Positions 26,101-39,229 of a DNA stretch of 64,000 nt are shown here, one piece after another. Below the pieces are notes generated by a model. It made no database searches. It saw only the letters and a list, made by a program, of their open reading frames with translations, and had not been told where the DNA came from. How positions within the stretch are numbered: the stretch's first letter is position 1; every line of letters starts with the position of its first letter. The translations under genes were made by a program, and so were the position numbers. Where the stretch lies: the NCBI RefSeq assembly GCF_009914755.1, contig NC_060926.1; one strand, given 5' to 3'. The stretch is from the human T2T-CHM13v2.0 reference genome, Homo sapiens.

Positions 26101-29100
26101 GGTATTGTATTCTGGGTTGACAGTTTTTTTTTTAATCACTTTGAATATATCATTCTATTGTCTCCTGACCTGTAATATTTTTGCTATATGTATTTTTAAA
26201 AATCCCCAGTTAGTCTGATAGAGGTTCCCTAATATGTGACTAAACACTTTTCTCTTGCTGTTTTTATAATGCTCTTTGGTTTTGACTTTTACCTTAATAT
26301 GCCTTGGAGAATAACTTTTTTGACTTATATCTATTTAGGGATTATAAACGTCCCATATCTATATGTCTAAATCTCTTGCTAGACTTGGGAAGTTTTCAGC
26401 TATTATTTTGTTAAATAGGTTTTCTATGGATTTGGTCTCTTCACCTTCTGGAACACCCAAAATTCATGTATTTAGTTGTGTTGTGTTCTTATGTCACAGG
26501 ATTTGTTCATTCTTTTTTATTCTCTTTTCTTCTTTTCAAAAAATCTGACTGGGCAATTTCAAAAGACTTGTCTTCAGGTTCTGAGATTTTTGCTTTTGTT
26601 TGATCTATTGTTGAAGCTCTTGTATGAATTTTTAAAATTTCATTCATTGAATTCTTTCTTTCCAGGACTTCTGGTTTGTTCTTTTTTATTATATCTATCT
26701 CTGGTGAATTTCTCACTCACATCCTGAATTGTTTTTCTGATTTCTTTCAATTATTTTCAGTGTTATCAATCATAGCTCACTATGAACTCAAGTTCCTACT
26801 CTCAAGCCTGCCTCAACCTGCTAAGTATTTAGGACTATAGCCTGCAGTGTGCTGCCATTCCTGGCTAACATTTTATTTTTATTTTTAGCACAGACAAGGT
26901 TTGCTATGTTGCCTGGATTGGTTTCTTGTGTTTTTACGTTGATAACTGTACCTCCGGTGTAACAGTCACTTCTTCCAATTTTTTTTTGAATTGACTTTTA
27001 CAAGGGAAGGGATTTTTCCTGAAGATACATCTATGCTGTTGGTTGGGTAGGACACTAGCTTTGATTCTGGGTGCATGCAGTAGTGTAGTCTCCATATGAT
27101 TTATTCAGCTGTAAACAGCATCAGCTGTGTCTGTGATTTCCTAAGTGGCTTAGGTTGTTGTTGTTAGTGGAGGCTATGGTGAGGTTTTGTTGAGGATGAG
27201 GATTACAGGTAGGCCAGTCATCAGATTCCAGTCGCGGCAGCAGTAGACCAAGCATGCCTGGCCTCGGGTTCCCAGTTGGCGTATGAAGTCACCAGTGTTA
27301 GTGGGTTGAAACAGGCCAATACTTAGGTCTACAGATGGCTGAAGTGCTGCAGTGGTAGTGGTGGGTCAGTCAGTCGAGTGGGTCCTTGGTCCCTGGATAG
27401 CATGTGTGATGTGGGTGATGGCAGTAGTAATGGCAAGACAATCCTTGGGCTCTGAAGTGACACACATTGGTGTTAGTGATATCTACAAGGAGCTGGGTAT
27501 GTCAGTCCCTCATTCCCTAGGCAGTATGTGCAGTGGGTGCTGCTGTGGTGGTAGCAGCCCTAGGAGGACTGCACAGATGCCAGTGGTGGTGGACAGGGTG
27601 AGACAAGCCCTTAGACAGTGTTCTAGGGCACTGGAGTGGGGGGAGTGCCAGGCCAGGTAGGCCTGTTTCCAGGGACCCCAGGAATGTAATCAGGCCCTGG
27701 CTATGGTGGGCAGAGAGGAGTGACACTCAGGCTCCCAGTAGAGAGCTTGGGAGTCTGCTACAACAGGGGTGGTAGGCAGGGAAAGCCTGCCATTAGGGTA
27801 TGTCCAAGTATGCTGCAGTCCTGCTGTTGGAGTAGAGGCAGAGTTTCTGACAGTAACTATAGCCACAGGCAGGCAGTTCTTAGGCTGTGTGGGAGGAGGG
27901 ATGCTTTAATCCCCAGTGGCAGTGGCAGTGGTATATCAGCTGTAGTAGCAGCAGGGAAAACTAGTTCTCAGGAAATGTGCAAATGCGTGATGGGAGCCCT
28001 GCTGCTTGGTAGATGGAGTCGTGACCAGCTACATGTGTTTTGGCTTCTGGTGGCAGCAATAGTGGCTGTGGCTGGTGATGAGAGGGTCTGTCCTCAGAGT
28101 GTGATTGCAGTAGCCCTGCTGCTGGGGGCAGGGTCATTATATGTGGTAGCTGTCCCAGGTAGGTGGTTCTCTGGCCATAGAGAGTATGTGCTTTGGCTTT
28201 CTTTGTCCTGGGAGAGCCTCCCTAGGGTGCTGCACCACCGTTTACCTGGCATACAGGGCACTGTGTGTGCTGGAGTGCTGGGGACCCTGCCATTCTGCTG
28301 AGTCTGACTGGTGTTATTGCTGCTACGGCTCTCTGGGTGGACACAGAATGGTGTCAGTGGGGCTCCAGGGACGTGAAGGTGCAGGGGCTCTTGGGCCCCA
28401 AGGCGGGATGCAACCTCCAGTGGGTCCTAAGCTCTCAAAATGGCCCTATGGTGAATCTGCTTAGGACTTGGTGGGTGCGTTGGACCATTATGAACTCCCA
28501 CTCTAGAGCAATGCCTTTGTGTCATCTCCAGGCAGGTCCCTATGCTATTCTGAGAGCCTGTGATGGGGTCTCCCATGGCTAGGGTATCAGGAGTCCATGG
28601 TGGGAATATGGAAAGGTGGGTATCTACTGCTTACCCTTTTCCTGAACTAGGGAGTCTTTATGAGCTCCCAGCTGATCCCAGCTGAGCTGACTGCCTCCCT
28701 TCCTGCTCCTTCCATGCCTCAGGTGCTTCCTGTTCCTTCTCTGTTGAATTCCAATATTCTCTCTTAGATGCTCTATTCGAAGTTTGATTATGCACTTGCT
28801 ATTTTGGTTCTTGTCTGTGGAGGAGGTAAGTGTCAGATGCCTCCAGTCAGGCTTCTTGAAGTTCCTCTCACATAAGTCTTTATGTCCTTCATGACAATCT
28901 TACTATCCCAATGAGTGAATGACTATATGACAAAACAATCTTATTATATGTCGACATCACAGTATCACAGTGGATACTATGGTAGGCACCATGCCCCTAT
29001 TCAAAATCAAGGCACTCATTTCCCCAGATGCCAGGAGTATTGGCTGCTAATGGCTCATAGCTAAACCCCTCTCCAAGCACTGGCCTTGGATTAAGACTAT

Positions 29101-29142
29101 ATTTCCTCCTGAAGAGAGAGTGGGGCAGCCTGTGTACAATGC

Positions 29143-29582
29143 AGGACCAGGACTAGGGTGAAAAACTGGCCTTGAGTGCTAAATTTAAGCAGGAGCCAAA
29201 AACTCAGTAATCAAACAATATTTTAATGTAATATTTTAAAAATAAAAAATGCAAAGGTTCTGTAATTATCAAAATATCACAATTTTAAATAAAGATATAA
29301 TCAATATGACTGATTTTTCTCTTTGCTTGAGGCTCCAATATGGCTCCCCAAAACACTCTCTATTTTAAAGCATTATTTAAAAAATACTAACCAATGCAAA
29401 AGTTCACCCTGAACAAAATACTGAAATTTTTAAATAAAGGCTGACTTTTGCATTAATTTAGGTTTAAAAAATAATAATACATTAAAATATTATTTATCTT
29501 GGCTACTGAGCTTTTTGACGCCCTCTAAATTTTGTCCTCAAGGCAAGCATCTCACTCTTCTTATGTAGTCCCAATCCTGGCA
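29143..29582. mobile_element. hAT-Tip100 (MER115/Zaphod-like) relic
   Basis: Start CAGGACCAGGACTAGGGTGA...CCAAAAACTCAGTAATCA and an inverted end ...TAGTCCCAATCCTG. A related fragment lies at ~55500-55605. Confidence 0.5.
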
Positions 29583-29881
29583 GATTGACTCAGGGGAAAC
29601 CAATGTCTGTCTCCTTTGCCTTAAAGGGAGGCCATGGGAGGCCATCCCATCAACACAGTCCCTTGGGGATCAGCTGAAGCCTTCCTTGTGACTTTATTGC
29701 AGTCCAATCCTGCTTTTCTCCCTCCCTTACCAGCATTATTCCTAAGAGTATCCTGCAGGTGAGTCTCTGAGTCTCTTTCCTCTAAGACCTCCCCAGAGAA
29801 GAGAGGTGAAAACTGAAGTTCACAGAAGGTGAGGAACTTGCCCAAGCTCTCAGAGCTCCTATGAGATGAAAACCCAGGTGA

Positions 29882-30203
<322 letters not shown>

Positions 30204-30405
30204 TTAGTATGACTTTAAAGCCAGTGCTTCTCATTATAACATTCTATAGGCTGGGGCCAGAATTTGTGGCTACAGTCTAATAAGTCAAAGGTAAAACAGA
30301 GATACCAGCAATCCCTATGCACTCTCCTAATTGAATTTCCTAATTGCAGACTAGAAATCAGGTTCTCTGATTTCTAGGAAGTGGGCCTCCGATTATATCA
30401 GACCC

Positions 30406-30875
30406 TGTAGTCAGCAGAATAATGCCCGCATCCCCACTGAAGATGTCCACATCCTAATCCCTAAAACCTGTGAATGTGTTAACTTACATGGCAAAAGGAA
30501 CTTTGCAGATGTGATTAAGTTAGGGATCTTGAGCATATGCTGCATTATCCATGTAGGCCCAAATATAATCACAAGGGTCCTTATTAGGGAGAGAGGGAGG
30601 CAGGAAAGTTAGAGAAGGAAACATGATGACAGAAGTAGAGGTCACAGTGATGTGATCATGAGACAAAGAATGCAGGCAGGCCTTAGAAGCCAGAAAAGTC
30701 AAGGAACAGAGCCTTCCCTACAGCTTGCAGAAGGAAGGGAGCTCTGTTGCCCCTTGGTCTTAGCTCTAAGACCCATTTTGAACATCTGACCTCCAGAAGT
30801 GTAAGAAAATAAATTTGTGATGTTTGAAGCCTCAAGGTTTGTGGTAATTTTTTATAGCAGCAATAGGAAAGTAAA
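30406..30875 (+). mobile_element. MLT1C/D-like solo LTR
   Basis: TGTAGTCAGCAGAATAATG...AAGATGTCCACATCCTAATCCC...TATAGCAGCAATAGGAAAGTAA. Confidence 0.8.
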
Positions 30876-31922
30876 AGACCCCTAAAGCAGTGTTTCAGCC
30901 CTGGCATTATGGCATCACCCATGTGGCTCTGAGATGTATTGGATCCCTAACAGAAAACAGGTAGGACCACCAGAACAATTTAATGAAGACTTCTCAGTTG
31001 TATTATATTTTTAAAAATTTAAAATGAACTTGTATATGTGGAAGGATTGATGATCTGTACTGACTCCAGATGGTTATGTTCTCCTGATGACAGATGGAAG
31101 TCCAGGAGGCGGGGCCATCTACAGGAAAGCAGGAGAGAAATGATTGATATAGGAAGCCAGTACAATCCAGGAACTCTTTATACAAGCACAATTTTTACTT
31201 TTCTGATTCTCCGGTAGTATTTTTTGAATTATGGAAGGAGATGAACATTCCTATTTTTTTAATATGGAACTAGCTGTACTGTTGTTTCTCTTTCCTTGCT
31301 GTGCTAGAAGAGTCTGGAGTTTAAGCTCTTCTTGTATTTGAGCAAAAGTTAATGTTTTTAAATTCTTTTTGTTGATTAGACATTTGGGTCTGATGGATCA
31401 CTAAGGTTTATTATAAAAAAGTTTGAAGTTCAAGGATATTTCTTCTTTTTTACATTAGTTGTAAGGAAAAGGACAAAATGCCTTGGAGAGAAGCCAGAAC
31501 AAGAGAATTTGGAGCATCAACAAAATATGTTGAACATAAACAAGAGAGTAGAGTTTCACTCTAGGCAAGAAAGTGGTTCTCCCAGGGGGATGAACTAGAA
31601 AAAGGGAGAGGAAAGTATCATGTGTATATGAGTAGGAAGATGAAGGAAACAGGGAAGGGGGAGGTAGTTATAGTTAAGCAGATCGGATCTTAAGCAACTT
31701 TGCCAATGATATTCTTACCCCAAGTGTATGCCAGCAAGATATGGTTCTACTGCTGGTGACCTCATAGAAGCAGAGTCATCACTGGAGAAAGACATAGCTC
31801 TCATCCTGATGGGCATCTCCTGCCCCTGAGGCCTCAGTTAGCTGCACTTGCCTTCTGCATCTCCTGGGGATTTCACTCCATCAGTTAGCATCTTGTTTAC
31901 TGCCTTCCCTAAAGAAGTGATA

Positions 31923-32295
31923 TGTATTAATATTAGTCTGTTATAACATCGCTATAAAGATACCAAAGACTGGGTAATTTATAGTGAAAAGAGGTTTAAT
32001 TCACTGAAAGTTCTACATGGCCAGGGGGCCTTCAAAATTTACAATAATGGTGGAAGGCAAAGGGTAAGCAAGCTACCTCCTTCACAAGGCAGCAGGAGAG
32101 ACAGCAAGAAAGCAGGGGAAATGCCAGACACTTATCAAACAACCAGATATTGTGAGAACTCCCTCACTATCACAAGAACAGCCTGGGAGAAACCACCCCA
32201 TGATTCAATCACCTCCCAACAGGTCCCTCCCTTGATATGTGGGGATTATAATTTGAGATGAGATTTGGGTGGGGACACAGAGCCAAACCATATCA
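31923..32295 (-). mobile_element. MSTA/THE1-type solo LTR
   Basis: TATTAGTCTG...GCTATAAAGATACC...GGGGACACAGAGCCAAACCATATCA. Confidence 0.85.
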
Positions 32296-33263
32296 TGATG
32301 CCTATCCATTTCTTTGAATTTTGTTTGATTCCTGACTGACTTATTCTTACCTCACAATGCCCCAGGATATATGTGAGCCCAAGAAAATGGGATTAAAGTC
32401 AGAGAGACTTAGTAGCGTGGCCTAATGAAAAATCCTTGGGGCTAACTGGAGCCAAACTGATTTGATACCTTCCCAGCATCTCTCCATCTTTTACATGAGC
32501 TGGGACCATGGTTAATGGCTCTTTTTATATAATAATTTAAAAATGTGTAAATATAAGGGCCACCTAGCACATAAAGAAGGAATATAAAGGTCAAGGGTCT
32601 TGTTGTTTATCAACATGGTCTTTGAGAATTGCTTATACTCAATTTTGATGAGCCTGGCTCTTTATGGCTCCTTCTTCCGTGATTTGGAAAAGTGCAAGCC
32701 TGGGCAGCTGTCAACTCATTGATACTCTCAGCAGCACAGTTCCGACTGAACTCTTAGTTTAGTCATGGTGATATCTAGTGGTTGTACCACTAGGGTGGTA
32801 CAGCCCTTGGTACTGTCCTGGTTTGGGTTGCTTGGACATTTGGAGAAATAAAACAGATGGGAGAATTATGATTTTGAACAAATAATTTACCATGTTGCAA
32901 ATTTCTTTATCAGTGAAAGTCCAGTAATTTTCTACATTGTTTAACTAAAAGTTGTGGGTTTTTAAATGTAGGTGTTCAACTAAGCTAGCACTTGAGTGAA
33001 TTAAAAAAAAAATTGGACTAAATACTGTGGAGGGAGAAGTGCAAAAGGATCAGATAACATGTTGTAGTGGAGCCTTCAGGCTGTCTGCCCAGCAACCTTT
33101 TTATCCATAGATGTGGGCCTGGGTAACCTGTGTCACCTGGTGGCCTCCTTCCTGGCCATATTGGTGGTGGGAGTTGGGGACTAAGAAACTACACATCATT
33201 CTCTGCATGTGGCCAAACTTACAACATGGGAGTAGTGAAACGTCTGTGAGAAGTGAGAACTAG

Positions 33264-35757
33264 TGTATTAGCCCATTTTCATGCTGCTAATAAAGATACC
33301 CAAGATTGGATAATTTATAAAGAAAAAGAGGTTTCATGGACTCACAGTTCCACATGGCTGGGGAGGCCTCAAAATCATGGTGGAAGCTAAGGAGGAGCAA
33401 GTCATGTCTTACATGGATGGCAGCAGGCAAACAGAGCTTGCACAGGGAAACTCCCCCTTATAAAACCATCAGATCTTGTAAGAGGTATTCACTATCATGA
33501 GAACAGCATGGAAAACACCTGCCCCCATGATTCAATTACCTCCCATGGGGTCCCTCCCACAACACGTGGGAATTCAAGATGATATTTGGGTGGGGACACA
33601 GCCAAACCATATCACTCTGCCCCTTGCCCCTCCTAAATCTCATGTCCTTACATGTCAAAACCAATCATGCCTTCCCAACAGTCCCCCAAAGTCTTAACTC
33701 ATTTCAGCACTAACTCTTTTAAAAGTCTACAGTCCAAAGTCTCACCTGAGACAAGGCAAGTCCCTTCTGCCTATGAGCCTGTAAAATTGAGAGCAAGTTA
33801 CTTGCTTGCTAGATACAATGGAGATACAGGCATTGGGTAAATACAGCCATTCCAAATGGGAGAAATTGGGTAAAACGAAGGAGCTACAGGCCCCATGCAA
33901 GTCCAAAATCCAGCAGGGCAGTTAAATCTTAAAGCTCCAAAATAATCTGCTTTGACTCCTTATCTCACATCCAGGTTATGCTGATGCAAGAAATGGGTTC
34001 CCATGGTCTTGGGCAGCTCTGCCAGTGTGGCTTTGCAGGGTACAGCCTCCTTTCTGGCTGCTTTCATGGGCTGGCAACGAGTGCCTGTGACTTTTTCAGG
34101 TGCACAGTGCAAGCTGTCAGTGGATCTTCCATTCTGGGGTCTGGAAGATAGAGACCCTTTTCTCACAGCTCCACTAGGCAGCACCCTAGTGGGGACTCTG
34201 TGTGGGGGCTTCTACCTCACATTTGCCTTCCACACTACCCTAGCAGAGGTTCTCCGTGAGGTTTGTCCCTGAAGCAAAACTTCTTCCTGGACATCCAGGC
34301 ATTTCCATACATCCTCTGAAATCTAGGTGGAGGTTCCCAAATCCCAATTCTTGACTTCTGTGCCCTCACAGGCTCAACACCACGTGAAAGCTGCCAAGGC
34401 TTGGAGCTTGCACCCTCTGAAGCCACAACCTGAGCTCTAGCTTGGCCCCTTGTAGTCATGGCTGGAGTGGCTGGGACACAGGGCGCTAAGTCCTTAGACT
34501 GCACACAGCAGAGGGACACTGGGCCCAGCCAATGAAACCATTTTTCCCTCCTAGGCTTCCAGGCCTGTGATGGGAGGGGCTACCTTGAAGACTACTGACA
34601 TTCGCTGGAGACATTTTCCCCATTGTCTTGGCAATGATTCACATTCAGCTCCTCGTTACTTATGCAAACTTCTGCAGCCAGCTTAAATTTCTCCTCAGAA
34701 AATGGAATTTTCTTCCCTATCACCTTGTCAGGCTGCAAATTTCTGAACTTTTATGCTCTGATTTCTTTATAAAACTGAATGCCTTTAACAGCACCCAAGT
34801 CACCTCTTGAATGCTTTGCTGCTTAGAAATTTCTTCCACCAGATTCCCTAAATCATCTCTCTCAAGTTCAAAGTTCCACAAATCTCTAGGGTGGGGCAAA
34901 ATGCTGCCAGCCACTTTGCTAAAACATAACAAGAGTCACCTTTGCTACAGTTCCCAACAAGTTCCTCATCTCCATTTGAGACCACCTTAGCCTGGACTTT
35001 ATTGTCCATATTGCTATCTGCATTTTGGGCAAAGCCATTCAACAAGTCTCTAGGGCATTCCAAACTTTCCCACATTGTTCTGGCTTCTTTTGAGCCCTCC
35101 AAACTGTTCCAACCTCTGTCTGTTACCCAGTTCCAAAGTTGCTTCCCTGTTTTCGGGTATCTTTTCAGCAGCATCCCACTCTATTGGTTCCAATTTACTG
35201 TATTAGTCTGTATTCCTGCTGCTGCTAAAGACATACCTGAGACTGGGAAGAAAAAGAGGTGATATGGTTTGGGTATGTCCCCACCCAAATCTCATCTTGA
35301 ATTCCCACGTGTTGTAGGAGGAACTCAGTGGGAGGTAATTGAATCATGGGGGCATGTGCTATTTTTCTGATAGCAAATAAGTCTCATAATATCTGAGTGC
35401 TGTTCTTGTGATAGCAAATAAGTATCATAATATCTGATGGTATTATAAGGAGGAATTTCCTGCACAAGCTCTCTCTTTTTGTCTGCTGTCATCCATGTAG
35501 GATTTGACTTGCTCCTCCTTGGCTTCCACCATGATTGTGAGGCCTCCCCAGGCAAGTAGAACTGTAAGTCCCACTAAACTTCTTTTTTTTCTGTAAATTG
35601 TCCAGTCTCAGGTATATGTCTTTTATCATCAGCATGAAAATAGACTAATACAAGAGGTTTAACAAACTCATAGTTCCACATGGCTGGGGAGGCCTCATAA
35701 TCATGGTGGAAGCAAAAGCTACTACTTACATGGCAGTGGCAAGAGAGAATGAGAGCC
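33264..35757 (-). mobile_element. THE1 MaLR provirus (LTR - internal - LTR; second LTR interrupted and truncated)
   Basis: LTR at 33264-33614, THE1-internal at 33615-35198, second LTR begins TGTATTAGTC at 35199. Confidence 0.9.
35260..35652 (+). mobile_element. THE1 solo LTR nested in opposite orientation inside the provirus LTR
   Basis: TGATATGGTTTGG...GACTAATACA flanked by a 5-bp TSD AGAGG (35255-35259 and 35653-35657). Confidence 0.9.
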
Positions 35758-37648
35758 AATAAGTTTCACAAGATCTACTGGAGAAGACCAGGTCTGCCCG
35801 ATATGAGGGCTTTCCCTCTGCCTGGCACAGTGCCTGGCATAGAATAGGTCTTCAGTGAATATCTGGATGGATAGTTGAGTGAACAGCAACATGCAGAAAG
35901 TATCAGAGGAAAGGCATAGAGTCCTGCCCACATTCCAGTCCCTGGTTCCAGTTCCTTCCCACCTTTCAGCTCCAGTGCCAACTTGAAGAGTTACATATAA
36001 CTCAGGCCATCCTAAGTTGGTTTCTGCTACTTGCAAATTGTAGAGCAATCACTGATAATAATGGTCTCTAGCTTGGGGGAACTTGGAGTATACTTTTAGA
36101 CAACCTGAAAAAAAATTATGTATTTGTGTAACTGATTCCTTCCTCTTTACATGTGTGTATTTATATATGAATGTGTGTGTAGGTACATGTATATAATTAT
36201 ATGATATTATTTTTGGATATATACATATGTATATAAAAATGCATATATAAAAATGAATTGGGCAATTTAATCAATGTTCCTGAGCTCCCTTTTTACCTCT
36301 AAAATGAAAGGATGAGATTCAATGATCTAAAATTTTAAAAGTACACGCTTTCCAGGAATTATGTAATTGCTTTGTTAGAAAGTCACCAGAAGGTATACTG
36401 TTGCTAGAAAAGAATGCCCAGGGAAGGCACTTTGGGAATTCACGTACATGCTATGTTTTGTCATTGCTGGAAATAGTTTGGCAGCGCCTCCAGGAAGTAC
36501 ATTCACAGGTATTCACATATTCTCCATGGAGGCAGATGTCCAGTCTAATGACTGTGATGACTGAGGGTGCTGGTAATGACAGTTCAGACAGAAAAGCAAA
36601 ATTTAGTTAAGAAACAGCAGTAAGAGTTTTCACTGTGAACTGGCCATGAAGACAGACCCACAAGGAGTATCATTCACTGTCACTATGGATAGAACATTGG
36701 TGAGGATGACATACCAAACCTTTCTGAAGCATCAGAAAGGTAGATAACCTGCAGTTGCAGTCCCCAAACTTGGCTGCCCTCTTTTTGGCTGGGACCTCAG
36801 TACTCTTCTCACATCAAGCATGGGCATGTACCAGGTGTTCAATTAGTACTGAGTGGTCAGTTAAGCCAAACTGATTATAACAGTCATCAGTGTTTGAATC
36901 AGGTGCTTTATGTATATTTTCTTACTTCACACAGTTAACAATACTCTTTTTAGTTTCTTTGTAAAAATTAGGAAAGTGAGACCTAGACACCTTATGGAAC
37001 TTGCCCCAAATCACACTGTTAAATGGCACAGGAGGTCAACCCAGGTTGTTTGACTCCAAAGCCCATGTGCTATCCTACCTCTCTCTTCTCAGCCATAATT
37101 AGAGGCAAATGAGAATAGCACAAAGCATTTTTCCTTATATGTATTTTAACTTACAACAACCCTCCATAAACTATTATCCATTGGAACCACAATATTCTTG
37201 TGAATAACATCATCTGCCTGGAAAATAAGGTAATAGGATTATAAATCTTTCAAAAAAATGTACCTAAGTATTTTCACAATGTGGAAAATACATGTGGTAC
37301 TCTGTATTTTCAGAGACATCTGAAAGGGCAGTGCATCTTCTCTGCACTGTTCGCATGCTCTCTTAGCTGTTCGTGTGGGTTTCACTGGCATGCATCATTG
37401 CTCCCCCTTCTCCTGTATGCCTAAGGTAGGGCACTTCTGCCACCCACTGAAGTTTGGTTCTAAAAAGGTAACAGCTTAAAGGGAATAGCAGAGGGGTTAG
37501 TTATTTTTTTCAAATGAGTGTGGAGAAAAAGCAACCGAGCAGGCTCTTCCCAGATGCCTGTTTCTAGTCAGCAGGCTGCTTGAATCCCCTGGTTGAACAC
37601 ATTTCAGTCATCCTGTGCCTAAGGAGAAAAACACCACTCCTGGCTCTC

Positions 37649-37662
37649 GTCGCTATGGCAAC
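37649..37662. promoter_or_regulatory. RFX X-box motif
   Basis: GTCGCTATGGCAAC matches the palindromic GTNRCY-N0-3-RGYAAC consensus. Confidence 0.5.
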
Positions 37663-38045
37663 TGATGCTCAGCAGGCAGTTGCAGTTTCATTTAACAAAA
37701 CTGGCTTTTAGAACTTGAGGGGAAACTATGCTTTCATAGAAGAGAAAAGGGAAGATGAGTGGTTTAATTAATGTGTCTCAATTTAACATGAAGATACAGG
37801 TCACTTCCACTGTTTGACCATACAGCATCTAGCTCCGCTTTATATCTGTATCAGATCTAAAGCTTAAAAGGATGGGATATTTCTCTCATCATATGTGAAG
37901 TGTACAGTGGGCAGAGGAGGAGAAGCAGGGGTTGTGTTAGACCCTTTGCGAAAGGTTTTTCACTTTATAAAAATCATCTCGGCTTGAGAGTGTATAGAAG
38001 AATTGCTTTCTCTTCTCTCATCCACAAAGGAGGCCTGAGAGATGG

Positions 38046-38058
38046 GTTGCTAGGCAAC
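38046..38058. promoter_or_regulatory. RFX X-box motif
   Basis: GTTGCTAGGCAAC is a near-perfect palindromic X-box. Confidence 0.55.
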
Positions 38059-38670
38059 CTCACACCGAAGACAGGGGCGCTGTGGAATTAACATAGCTGA
38101 CCTCCCCATCAGCTCTGCAGCTCTGCTATTCAAAACGATTTTATGAGACTGTAGGACTCAAGAAAATAGAAATAAAATATAAATACAAAAATAAAGAATA
38201 GAGGATATAAATCTAACTTTTTCAAGTGAAGATTCAATGAGAAAGGGTAGCAGTTGGAAACGGCGGGTTGAGGGGAAAAAACAGTATTAGTTGCTATAAA
38301 CCAGAAACTTGTATTTTGAATAATATAGGAAGAAAATTTTCCTATTTCTTTAGAAATGTTTATGGCTGACAGTTAACCTATCACAGTAAAAGTGCTGAAA
38401 ATACTTGAGGTCAAACAGAAAAATCAGTTTATAATAATGTAGATCTACAACATACTTTTAACAAAAAGCTCAACTCTCAATCCTTACCATGTGATGGTCT
38501 GTTTAAGCTCCAGAGTCCCTTACTCTCCTTCCTGCCACTATATCATCGATATGGTTGGCGTGGGAAGGGATGGCATTTATTCTGCAAGTAGATGAATATT
38601 TGGAAGGAAATTGCAAAGCTGATCCATGAAACAGAGCACACACTCTTATCAGCAATAAATAATTTAGGTG

Positions 38671-39026
<356 letters not shown>

Positions 39027-39229
39027 TAACATTTTAGGATAGTTTGTTGAATTTATCAACAATAAATTAAAAATCGACCAAAGTTGGTGGCATTGTGGGA
39101 GGTGGGAGACTGAAAACAAATTCTGAACTGGTTTTTGTAGATTTTGTAGACTTGTTTTTGTTATAAACGTTTGGGTGAAGCAATTCTGAAACCATTTTAG
39201 GTAGATTATAAGGTTGAAGAAATGGACAA

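Larger units (their letters stand above)
21281..28868 (-). mobile_element. Near full-length decayed LINE-1 (L1MA-like) with internal deletions and nested insertions
   Basis: Poly-T and L1MA-type 3' UTR at 21281. ORF2 fragments: C-terminal 21573-21890, [10 protein letters not shown] 23037-23279, [12 protein letters not shown]...LFADN 23586-24098, endonuclease 25014-25256. ORF1 remnant at 26507-26716. GC-richer 5' UTR to ~28868. Confidence 0.93.

Noticed and set aside
27352-28582. Long plus-strand ORFs, including the 193-aa ORF at 27720-28301
   Set aside because: They are antisense to the GC-richer L1 5' UTR. Low stop density comes from base composition.
33497-35759. Cluster of 60-108-aa ORFs
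   Set aside because: They lie within THE1 LTR and internal sequence.
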